The translations under genes and the position numbers were made by a program. A stretch of 64,000 nt of DNA from NCBI RefSeq assembly GCF_009914755.1, contig NC_060935.1. The stretch is one strand, 5' to 3'. A model generated the notes under the pieces. The model searched no databases. It was given only the letters and a program-made list of their open reading frames with translations, and was not told where the DNA came from. Numbering within the stretch: position 1 is the first letter of the stretch; every line of letters begins with the position of its first letter. The stretch comes from the human T2T-CHM13v2.0 reference genome, Homo sapiens. Below are positions 52,311 to 64,000 of this stretch, piece after piece.

Positions 52311-53834
52311 CAGAGAAAAAAAAGAAGATGCAAAATACTAAGTCGGAGTTTCTCTAGACCACTATAGTCCATAGACCTTTTTCTTTTTTATTCTGTGTTT
52401 TCAAAAATGACTTTTTTTCAAGAATTAGCTTGCATAGCTTTTGGGAACCCAGTCTTTATGACTGAAGCAATTCACCCTGTTAAGCAGATTTGCATTTAAG
52501 TTGAATTTAAATAGAGTTGTTCTAATCATGTTTTAGAGTAGGGTCATATGTGAGCAATAAATTTGAGATGTGATTTATGTACACTCAAAATTACCACCAA
52601 ATATTTTATTAATAAATCACCTTTAAAGTACAACTCAGCATAGTTCTCAATTCATTAAGTGAACAGATATTTATTGAGTACCAAATACTATTCTAGATGT
52701 GGTGGATATAGCAGGAAACCAAACGGAAAACCTGGCCCATTATATTTGCATGTTAAAATAGTCTTATCACATAATATTCTTTCTGACATTCAGACCTTGG
52801 TGAGCACTATAAACCATGTCTCTCAGGCTTTTCCCCACAAATGACACCATTATTATGTTCATTTCATATTGGCTCATTGTGGACATGTTAACAAGGTAAT
52901 AGGTAAGTGTTAGTTTTCTGTTCTTCTGCTGGTAATTATATTTGACAGGCAGTATTGTGGCTGCCTAAGGATATAGAAAGATTACTGTCCATGAGACTGC
53001 TTTTATATCAACAGAATATCTTCATTAGGTGTCCCTTTGTATAACCAGAGAAGCCCAGTATAATGTGACTGGCAAACATGGCTCTTCAGTGGCTTAGAGC
53101 ATCCTGATGTATTTAGTTTTTAACACAGTCTTGGGCAGTATGGGGCAAAAGCCATATGGAACATTCATCTTCATTTGACCATTTAGGTATGCACATTCTT
53201 ATCCTTTGATGTCTCATACCAAACTGTAGTTCAGTGAAGAAGAGTGTTTGAAGTTGCTGGAGAATTGTCTGTTTTCTAGCAGGTGACCCAGCAGACTAAT
53301 AAATATTCAGCAGATAGAGAGTCTTCATCCACAGGAGAGAAAATGACATTATGTCTTGAGGGTTATTGAGGAGCCTCTCCTTTTTTCTTGGCATACTGAA
53401 GAAGAATAAATTTTAACTTATACTCATATTGGCTTTACAAATATTAAAAAATTAGCCAGAGCTCACAAAATATGAAGACAGCTTTTTAAATATTTTTTTT
53501 TGGTAAGGAGAGAATTATACATGGAAGTTAATTCATTTTTCCTTTAGAAGACATATTAATACTTTCTATCAATTTCTGAAATTATTAAGTGGAGGGAGGT
53601 TAGAATATTAAGGGCTATAAATATTCTTTAAGTGGAGGTAATATTAAAGAACCCTCTATACCTTATTGAATAGAAATTCAGTAAGTGATCATAGTTAGCA
53701 ACTGTATTCAGTTATCAAAGGGTTGCTTAATAAATCATTGCTACTTAGAATGTTAGTCTGCTGGTTCCTCGACATTTTTAAATCATAATTTTGGGCCAGT
53801 ATAGATAATTTGGGTGAAAATAAAATGAAATGGC

Positions 53835-54043
53835 CTTTTTTTTTTTTACTTTTATTTCAAGGTCAGGGGTACAAGTGCAGGTTTGTTGCATAGGTAAACT
53901 TGTGTCATGGAGGTTTGTTGTAAGATTATTTCATCACTCAGATATTAAGCATAGTACCCATTAGTTATTTTTCCTGATCCTCTCCCTCCTTCCCCTTTCC
54001 ATCCTTTGAAAGGCTCCAGTGTGTTGTTCCCCTCTACATGTCC
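53835..54043 (-). mobile_element. Old L1PA/L1PB 3' terminal fragment
   Basis: Poly(T) then ggggtacaagtgcaggtttgttgcataggtaaacttgtgtcatgg..ttttcctgatcctctccctcc. Confidence 0.88.
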
Positions 54044-54389
54044 TGTTGCTTTAGTTTTATTTCTTTTATTATTTAGATGGACCTAAAATACCCTCAAATA
54101 TTCCATTTGTACGACTAATTATGATCATAAACTTCATGTTGAGCTAGGCACTGTTCAAATTGCATATATTTAGCCCTCACAAAACTCTGTGAGGAAGATA
54201 CTATTACCTACCTGCATTTACACAAGAGGAAACAGAGGCAGAGAGCGATTAAAGAATTTGCCCAAGGTCAAATAGCTATTAATGAAAGAGCCAGGATTAA
54301 ACCCAAGCAATCTGCTAATTTTTAACCTTTATGCAGTACTGCCTCAAAGGAAAAATCTGTTTATGAACACTGAGAAATTATTTTGTAAT

Positions 54390-56640
54390 TTCAAGTCTCT
54401 ACATACATGTAGTTTAAAGAACTAAACAGTTCTAGAAAGTTTTATAGGGAAGATTAATCCCTTGGAAACAGTTCCCTATTTCCTATCCCTAGAGGCAACC
54501 ACTTTCAATGCTTTTAACAGATTCAATTGGTGTTTTCGTTCAGATCTTTAAATAGCACATTTCTTTGCTACTTTGTGATATTTTTAAGTTTTCATTTTTT
54601 TACACACCTCTCCACATATCTTCTCGTTAGGTTAGTATCGTTTATGTTATTACGATTGTGCGTGTGCTATTGATAATCTAATCATGGAATATACTTGATT
54701 TTCTTTCTTGCATAGCTCTTCGTTCCTCTTGTCATTAAGAATCATCTAATTTATTAATCTTATTATTTAGTTTACTATGGTATTATCATAATTAATCCTC
54801 AAACTCCCTCTAGTTGTATAAATACCCTCTAAGACATTAACTCTTTTATGTTCTGGAATAAATCTCCCCCACAGTTTGGTTGATTTCCAGGTTCACTGTG
54901 TAGTGAATGTCCTGGGAATATATCTGTACCATGACTCTGGGGTCCTTTTTGCCTCTCTGTCGGGTGAGAGCCCCGTTCCTATGTACTGTGCTTACTTTTC
55001 TTAGTTGACCGCTCTGGCTTGGTTCTCCATTAATTACCTGAGAAAGACTACATGGGAGATGAGGTTTTGAGAAATTTCTGCTCTGATAACTGTCTTATGA
55101 AGTGAGTTAATATTTACAAATTGCTAAGAAAACTATCTGGCACATGGCAAACAAAACATATACATTTTAAAAATAATTATACCTTCACTCTTGACTGGCA
55201 ATTTGAAAAGGTATTGTATTTCTGTTTGTAAATCATTGTTCCTTCCTCAGGATTCTGAAAGCATTGTTCCATTGTATCCTAGGTTCCTGTATGGAATTTG
55301 AGAAGCCCAATGCTATTCTGACTTTATCTTTGGTTTTGAAATCCATTGTTTTAAATTTCATGATGATATTGGTATACATTTTCTTCATCCTGTTGGTCAC
55401 TCAGTGGACTTTTTCAATCTAGATATTCATAACATTTAAGTCTGTAAATGTTCTGACATGATATCTTTGGTGACTTCTCCTGTACTCTTACTCCTTTTTC
55501 CTTGGTCTTCTCTTTCTTTTTCTAGCTTTCCTGTTATTTTGATGCTGGACTTTCTGATTTTTCAATTTTTATACTTGTCTTCTTATTTTACATATATTTG
55601 TCATTTTCTTCTAATATCTGGAGACTTCGTTCACTTTATCTTGTAACCCTTTTCATTTCTGTTGTCCTCTTTTATGTTTCAAGACTGCTTTTTCTCTTCC
55701 TGTGTTTTCTCATAGCATACTCTGTTTCATGAACATGGTGTCCTTTCACTCTTAGGACATTAATCATGGTGAGTAATCAAGGGATAGTGATGATGAAGTG
55801 TTCTGTTAATGGAGTTCTCACATCCTTCTTCTTGGGTTTGTCTACAAATTTGCTGTGGCTTTTGTCTTTTATGTTAGAAGCCTCCCTCAAATGTTTAACC
55901 CGGCTTTCCACTCATACTTAAGAGCTCTGCAATAAAACACTAATCGAAAGCTCTGTGCAACTGGAGATGTGATTGTTAATGATTAAATTCAATGTGGGGT
56001 AACGGCGAGCCATTCATTCTCTCAGGAAACACCTGATTGTCAATTTAAGTATTTTTAGTTTGTTTGTTTCCTTAGAAAATATTCTTCAAAATTCCTGCCC
56101 AGGCAATAAAAGCCATCTTTCAGCATTCTGATTGCCATATAAACTTTCACTGATTTCCCAGTATTCAATATGGAATCTGCATTCAGTTGCGTGTGGTGTT
56201 CCATAGTGCAGAAAATAAATCTCCCATCTTTTTCTAGGCTGGTGGAGAGGCAGTCATCTAACTGGGCAGAATGGGAAGAGGAACCAGGTGTATACCTAGT
56301 TTTTAAGGAGACTTTCATCCTATATTTAGCTGCCATTGTCAGAAGTATCTGGTGGTGTTAATTCCTGAGCCTCTTAAATCCCATGGTGCAAAACAAACTG
56401 TTTCTTGGCTTTTCTCACTGAGTGTTTGAATTCAGCTTTTTCAGATCTGAGAAAGCAGTCATCACTCCTTCATCTGCTTCTAAGTTTTCAAAATTTTGTT
56501 GAGTTACAATTCTCACAGCCTTTATAGGTATATAATCCTTAAAAAATGGAAAAAAAGCTCTTAAATATATAACTTTAATGAAATTTCAAGAAGGAGCAGA
56601 TGAAATTATGTGCATTTAGCCAACCATGTTTATTTGGAAA
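54390..56640 (-). mobile_element. HAL1 / very old L1-related element
   Basis: agaagcctccctcaaatgt...cactcatacttaagag...gaaagctctgtg and ttgagaagcccaatgctattctga motifs, with a small MIR inside (about 55090-55160). Confidence 0.6.
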
Positions 56641-56712
56641 CTTGTTTATAGAGAATTTTTTTGTTTTGCCTAATTACCAGCTTCTCTGTTAGATGTCTGA
56701 AAGTCTACAATG

Positions 56713-56714
<2 letters not shown>

Positions 56715-56758
<44 letters not shown>
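56715..56758. repeat. (GT)22 microsatellite
   Basis: 44 nt of perfect GT repeat. Confidence 0.97.
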
Positions 56759-56761
<3 letters not shown>

Positions 56762-59700
56762 TGTGTCTGTCTGTCTCATCCTTCCCTCCTCAGGAATAGG
56801 GGTGGGAGGGGGAATGTAGCACCTAGAGACATATAAAAGCACAGGAGAAGAAAAGCAGCATGATATAGGGAAAAAGAGCACAGGCTTAGGAGGAAGAGAC
56901 CGAGATTGAATCTTCTGCTGACTTTGAGTTATTAATCTTTTTGGCATCTCACTTTCCTTATCTATGAAGTGATTAGAATAACAGCTGTCTTGTAGTTGCA
57001 TTTTGCAGATGGAGATAAAGTGTCATCCTGCACAAGCGTTGAATATGGTGCCCAGTGGAGGCCATGTTGTATCTGGAATGAAGGGAGAACATTTGCCAGC
57101 AGGAGATGGGAAGGCTGGAGGGAATCTTTTTGAGAATATTTTCAGATATGTATAGTTTGTACAATTATATCTACTTTGTAATATTGACCAGGGCTAAACT
57201 ACTTGGCTAAAATATCTGGCTTCTGAAAGCCCCCACTAATTTCTAGATCTTTTAGTTATTATAATGACCTTACTATAGGAATTGGGTCACAGTGGTTTAA
57301 CAAATGTGGAGTGTACCTTATAGCAGACTATGAATTTGGAGCTAATTGAAATAGAGACTTTTGGGGAAAACTCAGTGTATGGTTGCCTGAGCTGGTGACA
57401 ACAGTTGTGGAGTGTGTGTGTGTGTGCGTGCGTGTGTTGAACTAAAACAGATACTTTTACCAGAGAGCACTTCATTGACTCATGTATCCTTTCATTATTA
57501 GCACAAAGAGATTCTCTTGCTTTATCCTATTTAAAAAGAAAGCCTCCAAAATAGAGAGCAGTTGAAGAAAAATAATAATAAAACATATGAATAGTTCTTG
57601 GAAGGACACAATCCTCCTAGATAGGGAGAAAGATAATTTAGAGTGGCATAGTAAAGGCCTTAGGTAATAGAAAAGTATTTAATAGAGTTGTTCATGTGGC
57701 TGTAATGTTTAGTTAGAAGGGAAGATAAAAGATAAGCTGTTTCCAATTTCTAATTTACCTGTAATCTTGAGTCTTCACCTGTCATCTTTTCAAGAAAGGC
57801 TAACTTTTGCTGCTTAAACATCACTTTCGTGAGTAGACTATAAACACCTCTATTTCAGCCAAAAACCAAAAAAATTCAGCATGAATAATGTGAACTATTC
57901 ACCCCCTCCTTAATACTTTCTTTGCAAAGGAAGATGTTTTTCTTTTACTAAATAAAAACTATATTCAGAAGGCTCTTCTTAGTGTAAAAATAGGGGTATC
58001 ACTTCCTCAAACAAGGGCTACAGTGGATTTGGTATTATATAATGTGTATTCTCTTTTGGAAAACAGCAAGGACATTTCTAGAATCCTTTAAATCTGGCTC
58101 TCCACAGTTTTCTGCCATCTGTCAGCTCTTCTGTGGTTATTAAATAGTGATGGCATGACAGGTGAGAAATTGCATTAATTGTGCAATAGAGAAAATGGAA
58201 CAAATTAAGTATCTCTGTATTGATTCTTTTTAGAAAAAAAAGTAAATAAAACAATGTTTATAATCATTGGTTCTCTAGGACAACATCCAATAAGTCTCAA
58301 GAGCTTTCTTGAAGAGTATGTGTGTCTGTGTGCATGTTTTAAAGTTTCTGTTTGCATTAAGGCAAATCTTTGGTATAAAATAGTCTTGGGTTCTTAAAAC
58401 TTTACTGTCTCTCTCTCTTTTCTGAAGTTCATATTTTCCTTTTTAAGGTAGTATCTTTCTGAGCCTTGTATTTTTATTTCAGAAATTCTTTAATGTCTGT
58501 GTACCACGCTAAGGGTATTCTACAAATTCTTAGTTTTTCATTCAAGGCCCTCTACCCTCTGACCCCAATTTACTTTCCCTATTTTTTGGTCAATATTTTT
58601 CTACATAAATCCTTCCTTTCAGCCAAACAGGAATGCTTAGTGTACCCCACAGACCTTTCAGTTTTGCCTCTGTGTCAAAAATCCTCTCCCTTCCTCTGCA
58701 CTTACCTGCTACTAGCCCCTCCTTAAGATTGGATGATTCCCTAACCCTCCTAGTCCAGATACGCAGTCAGTTCATCTATGCACTTCCACAACCCAGTGAG
58801 GTCACTCTGGAACCATTTAGCATGAACTGGCAGTTCGCATTCCATTTAGGTATTTTTTTTTTAACTCGGCTTAGAATGTAACCTCTGTGAAGGCAGTAGG
58901 TTTTATATTTGTTTCATAGTATTTTTTTCCCTGACATTAAAATGTTCACTTGTGTGTTGCTTGTCTGTCCATCAATCATCTATCTACCTATTTTTACTCT
59001 CTGCTATTTGTTCCCACTTGAATATAAGCTCCAAAAGATATCAGGAACCTTGCACAGGCTACAGAGGTTGCACATGGCAGACATTTGGCTCTGCAGCTCA
59101 TGCTTTTAACCAGTAATCTACGTGGGCCCATGAAGCTTATCAATGACTCCATCATTGCCATTTCTAACTTTACTTACCTTTCAACAGGATTTTGACACGT
59201 TGACCCTTTATCCTTTGAATGTTGCACTTCTCTTGGCTTCTGTGACACCCTTCTCTCTCTCTTTTTCTACATTCCAGCTAATTATCTTGTCATCTTCTTT
59301 TGACAGTTTAAATATTGGTGGTCCCCGGTTTTGTCATCATCATTTTTCTGTGCTTTCTCTACAGTCCTCTTCCTAGCCTAGTCCTCTTGATCTTAGTGGC
59401 ATGACACATTACAGGATCACGATCAGTTATAGCACGTGTCAAAACTACTCACTCATAAGAATTGTTATAAGGATTTCTGAAAATTTTAAATTTTTAATTA
59501 ATTAGACTCACCTCAAATTTACCATTATAAGAATGTCACACTTATGCATTTATTTTTCAATAGTGTGTACCTACTTGTGTGTGAAAACATGGAATTAGAG
59601 TTAGCTGTAAGTGAATTTCTCATAATTCTTAGCCTATTTTATATTTGCTGAAAACATCCATGAACTATGATTATTGATGTGTCATTAAGAGTTATAACAA

Positions 59701-60491
59701 TTTTGAAATATTATAGTCTATAAACTGTGGATTTATAGGTATGTTTCTTTTCTTGATTTATCCATGGGCACATTTTTAATAACAAAGAGAGATGAAGAAA
59801 ATGTATATGCATCTACATCCTCATGGTATAGAAATGAGAATGAGGCTGTCCTTACAATCTCCAAATCAAAGACAAAGTGATCATTCAAATAGTGTGTGCA
59901 ATAATGTTACTTATAATAATATCATGAATAAATAGAAATACTACTCACTATACTTTTTAATGATAAAATGATAATTTAAAAATTACTAGTAATACATTTT
60001 TATTTCCTTGTATTACCTGTGGGGGTTTGAATTTAGTCTTCAAAATATAGTTCAAAATAGTTTTTATGTTAGATTAACCATATATGCATTTTTTTCTCTC
60101 CAAGAAATGATGTTTTAAGATAATTAAATATGTGATTTTACTGATCCTTTGGTAGTAAAATGCTTTTGCGAGTATGATCTATAAAAACAGTTTGGGAGTT
60201 CTTTGCTTTATTTGGCCAACTACTTTTGTTTGTAAGTGTGTGTGTTTGGTTTTCATTACAGTCTGAGTATGTTCCTGGGAGTGTGTCTCATATGAATGTC
60301 ATTCACATCTGTCATAGCAGAAGAAAAGTTGAAAACCTCTGCTCTAGGCTATTTTATATACTCTTTTGTATTTAACTCTTGTCCATATGTTGATGACTCT
60401 TGAATCGATATCATCACCCACAATAACTTATCCAGGGCTGCAGTCATTTATTAAGCCACCTACTGGGCATCTTTATGTGGATGTCCTACCA

Positions 60492-60690
60492 GTTTCTGAC
60501 TTAAAGTTTATTTTATCTGATATAAATGTAGCTCCTCCTGCTCTGTTTTGGTTTTCATTTGCATGAAATGATTTTCTCCATTCCTTCACTTTCAGTAAAT
60601 GTGTGTCATTATAGGTGAAGTGAGTTTCTCATAGACAGCATATAGTTAGGTCTTGTTTTTAATCTATTTAGCCATCCTTTGTCTTTTAGT
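60492..60690 (-). mobile_element. Short antisense L1 fragment (start of ORF2 endonuclease)
   Basis: ttaaagtttattttatctgatataaatgtagctcctcctgctctgttttgg..gtgagtttctcatagacagcatatagttagg. Confidence 0.75.
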
Positions 60691-60699
60691 TAGAAAATT

Positions 60700-62011
60700 T
60701 AGTGAAGTTAGGTCACAGGGAAAACTGCTGCCCCCCAAACTGGAAAGACAGACAGGCAGAAACAAAGAACTTAAGGAAGAAAAACTCCAAACTGAAACTT
60801 ATGTGGGAACCAGGACCAGGGTAGGGAAACCTGAAATATAACTGATTAATTGCTTTAGGCTTATAGACTAATGTGAGTGTTTAAAACTCCATAGGGTCGG
60901 AGGATGGCGATAGAGAGGCCCTCACACTTTTGTGAGCTTTATATCCAGGAGCTTGACCAGCTTCTAAGAATGAAAAATTCCCCTATGCTTCTGGCAGGAG
61001 GAGAAGAGAAGAAACCGTGTGGACATATGCCAGAGCATTCTGTTCTTAACAAAACCTGCCTTTAAGAGGAACTATTTTATTTAGCACAGCCTGAACTGTA
61101 GGGGTTTTTATCAGAGCCTACCCAATCTAGGGGAAAGGAAATACCCAACTCCAGCCACCTCCTAGCCTTCCACATGGGGGAAGAAAAATTCACAGCTCCA
61201 GCCCACTCTAACCAACCTGTCCCACCTGAGTCTTGTGGGGTGGAGATGGAGAAGCACTTGTGAAATTCATAGTTCAGAGGCACAGTCTTAATGAAAGAAT
61301 GAGACCTAATCATATAGAATGCTAACCCCTCAACAACTTCCCACCACATTACAAAAGGTCTGTTTATTACAGTCCCTTTTACATAATACATCATGTCATG
61401 TCTGGTTATCAAGAAAAAATGGCAAGGGATACTAAAAGGAGAAAGCACAGTTTTAAAACATAGAGCAAGTATAAAAACCAGACTCAGATGTGGCAGGAAT
61501 ATTGGGAGTAGACCTGGAATTTAAAACAGGTATGGTTAACATGAAAAGGATTCTAATGGATAAAGTAGACAGAATGTAAGAACAGATGGTCAATGTAATC
61601 AGAGAGATGGAAATTCTAAGAAAGGATTGAAAAGAAATGCTACAGAAGAAAAAATCTGTAGCAGACATGAAAAATGCCTTTTTTGTGCTAATTAGTAAAC
61701 TTTACATGGCTGAGGAAAAAAAATCTCTGAGCTTGAAGATATATTAATGGAAACTTCTAAAATGGAAAAACAAAGAAAAAGAAAACTGAGAAAAAAACAA
61801 AACAAAACAAAAAGCCAAAGAACTGTGGGACCACCATAGAATGTGTAAATGCATATAGTGGGAATATCAGAAGAAGAAAACAAAAAGAAACAATAGGAAT
61901 ATGGGAAACAATAATGACTGAGAATTTTCTAACATTAATGTCAGACAACAAACCATGTATTCAGGAAGCTCAGAGAAAACCAAGCAGGATAAATGCCAAA
62001 TTGCCAAATCC

Positions 62012-62053
<42 letters not shown>

Positions 62054-64000
62054 GAGGCATATCCTATTCGAACTGCAGAAAACCAAAGATAAAAATTCTT
62101 GAAGAAATTCAGGAGAAAAAAAAATTCTTACCTAGAAGACCAAAGAGAATTACCACTGATTTCTTAGAAATCATGCAAACAAGAAGAGAAAGGTATGAAA
62201 TATGTAAGTGTTGAGGGAAAAAAAGCAACTTAGAATGCTGCACCCAGTGAAATTATCCTTCAAAAGTAGAGGAGACATAAAGCCATTTTCAGACAACAAA
62301 AATTGAGGGTTTTGTGCCAAGCAGACCTACCTTACAAGAAATGTTGAAGGTCTTCATAGAAGAGGAAAATCATATAGTTCAAATCATGGATCTACATAAA
62401 GAAAGAAAGAGCATCAGCGAAAGAATTAGCAAAATTAAAATTAAAACTTTTCCCTTATCATTAATTGATCTAACAGATAACAGTTTGTTCAAAATCATAG
62501 CAACAATGTATTCGATTATATACTCTTATATAAAAGTGAAATGAATGACAGCAATGATACAGTGATGGGAGAGAGAATTAGGCTTCTTTTGTTATCATAA
62601 GGTTCTTGTACTCTCTATGAAGTAGTATAGTATTATCTAAGGGTATGCTGGGATTAATTATAAATGTATATTGAAAACTCTGTGGCAATCGCTTTTTGTT
62701 TAAAAAAAAGTATATTGCTATGCTAAGAAAAAAGAAAAATAGAATATCATGAAATGATTAATGAAAACCTCAAAAAGAAGACAAAGATTGGAAGACTAAA
62801 ATAGAAGCAAGGACACAGGTAGTGAAAAGAAAGCAGTAATAAATATAGTAGTGTCACTTGTGTCAACAATCAGTGGTCTAAATATACCAATTAAAAGATA
62901 CAGAATATCAGAGTGGATCAAAAGACAAGACCCAACTACGTGCTGTCTACAAAATACTCACTTTATTAAAAAATATACAGATTAAAAGCAAATGGAAGAA
63001 GAAATATATATCATGCTAATACTAAAATGAAATCAGAATAGCTATATTAATTTCTGACACAACAGACTTCAAAGCAAGAAAAATTATCAGGGATAAATGG
63101 GCATTACATAATTTTAAAAGGGTTAATTCTCCAAAAAGATATACACAATCTTTTTGTGTATGTGCCTAACATGAGAACCTCAAAATACATGAGTAAAAAC
63201 TGACCAAACTAGAAAGAGAAACAGATGAATTCACTAATATAGTTTGACAATTAGACACTCCTCTTTCTGAAATAAACAGAGTCTGCTGGCAGAAAATTCT
63301 TAAGGACATAGCAATAATACCACATTAATCAACTGGATATAATTGACATCTATGAACTACATCATTCAGTGACAGCACAACACACATTCTTCTCAAGCTC
63401 ACATGGAACATTCATCAAAATAAACCATGTTCTGGGTCATAAAGCAGACCTTAGCACATTTAAAAGAACAGAAATTATCATACAATATCTGCATTCATGC
63501 CACAATAGAATTAAAATGGAAATCAATAACAGCTGGAGAACTCCAAAATTATTGGGGATTAAACAACACACTTTTAAGTAACCTATGGGTCAAAACAGAA
63601 ATCTCAAAAGAAATTAAAAATATTTTAAACTAAATAAAAATAAGATAAAATTTTTCAAAATTTGCAGGGAAGGCTGTGCTTAGCATTGAATGCACATATT
63701 AGAACAAAAGAAAGATTGGAGAGTAATGATCCAAGCTTCCACCTTAGGAAACTAGAAAAAAATTAGATCCAAAATAAGCAGGAGAAAACATATAATAAAA
63801 ATTAGTGCCAAAATCAATGAAATTGAAAACAGGAAATCAATAGAGAAAATTAACAAAAATAAAACCTAGTTCTTTGAAAAGATCAACAAAATTGATGAAC
63901 CTCCAGTCAGGCTAAGACAAAAAAGAAGGAAGACAAATCACTAATATCAGTAATGAAAAAGAGGATATCACTGTAGTCTCATGGACATTAAAAGGTTATA
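60700..64000 (+). mobile_element. Old L1M (L1MC/MD-type) 5'UTR, ORF1 and ORF2 endonuclease region, decayed and running off the window
   Basis: ORF1 remnants (IQEAQRKPSRINAK; RPTLQEMLK) and ORF2 EN remnants (ggtctaaatataccaattaaaaga = GLNIPIKR; TFFSSSHGTFIKINHVLGHK). Confidence 0.88.
62012..62053. repeat. (CT)n(CA)n compound microsatellite
   Basis: ctctctct...cacacacac inside L1 ORF1. Confidence 0.9.

Overview
Primate, almost certainly human, AT-rich intronic DNA. The only protein-coding sequence I can support is one 123-nt internal exon on the + strand (21978-22100, phase 1-1). It encodes an EGF-like module, (E)HDECGSGQHNCDENAICTNTVQGHSCTCKPGYVGNGTICR, which I recognise as NELL1, and the ORF track misses it. 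The rest is the two flanking introns, mostly old transposons: a near full-length antisense L1MA with nested Alus and an MST LTR, a full-length sense THE1 element, L1MB/MC/MD and HAL1 fragments, L2, MIR, Tigger3/4, MER20/33/94, LTR16, MLT1/2 and seven Alus. The supplied ORFs are repeat-derived or chance. I see no convincing new multi-gene system. The best leads are a TSD-flanked, polyadenylated, ORF-less mRNA 3'UTR retrocopy that is probably 5'-inverted (42061-42950), two candidate cryptic or terminal exon structures (about 34.6 kb and 52.8-53.4 kb), a sense THE1 LTR with a DUX4 motif and a gained AATAAA, an orphan insertion with a CpG-decayed TSD, and several template-switch-like palindromes. 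Repeat subfamily names come from recalled consensus sequences, and boundaries of old repeats are approximate.
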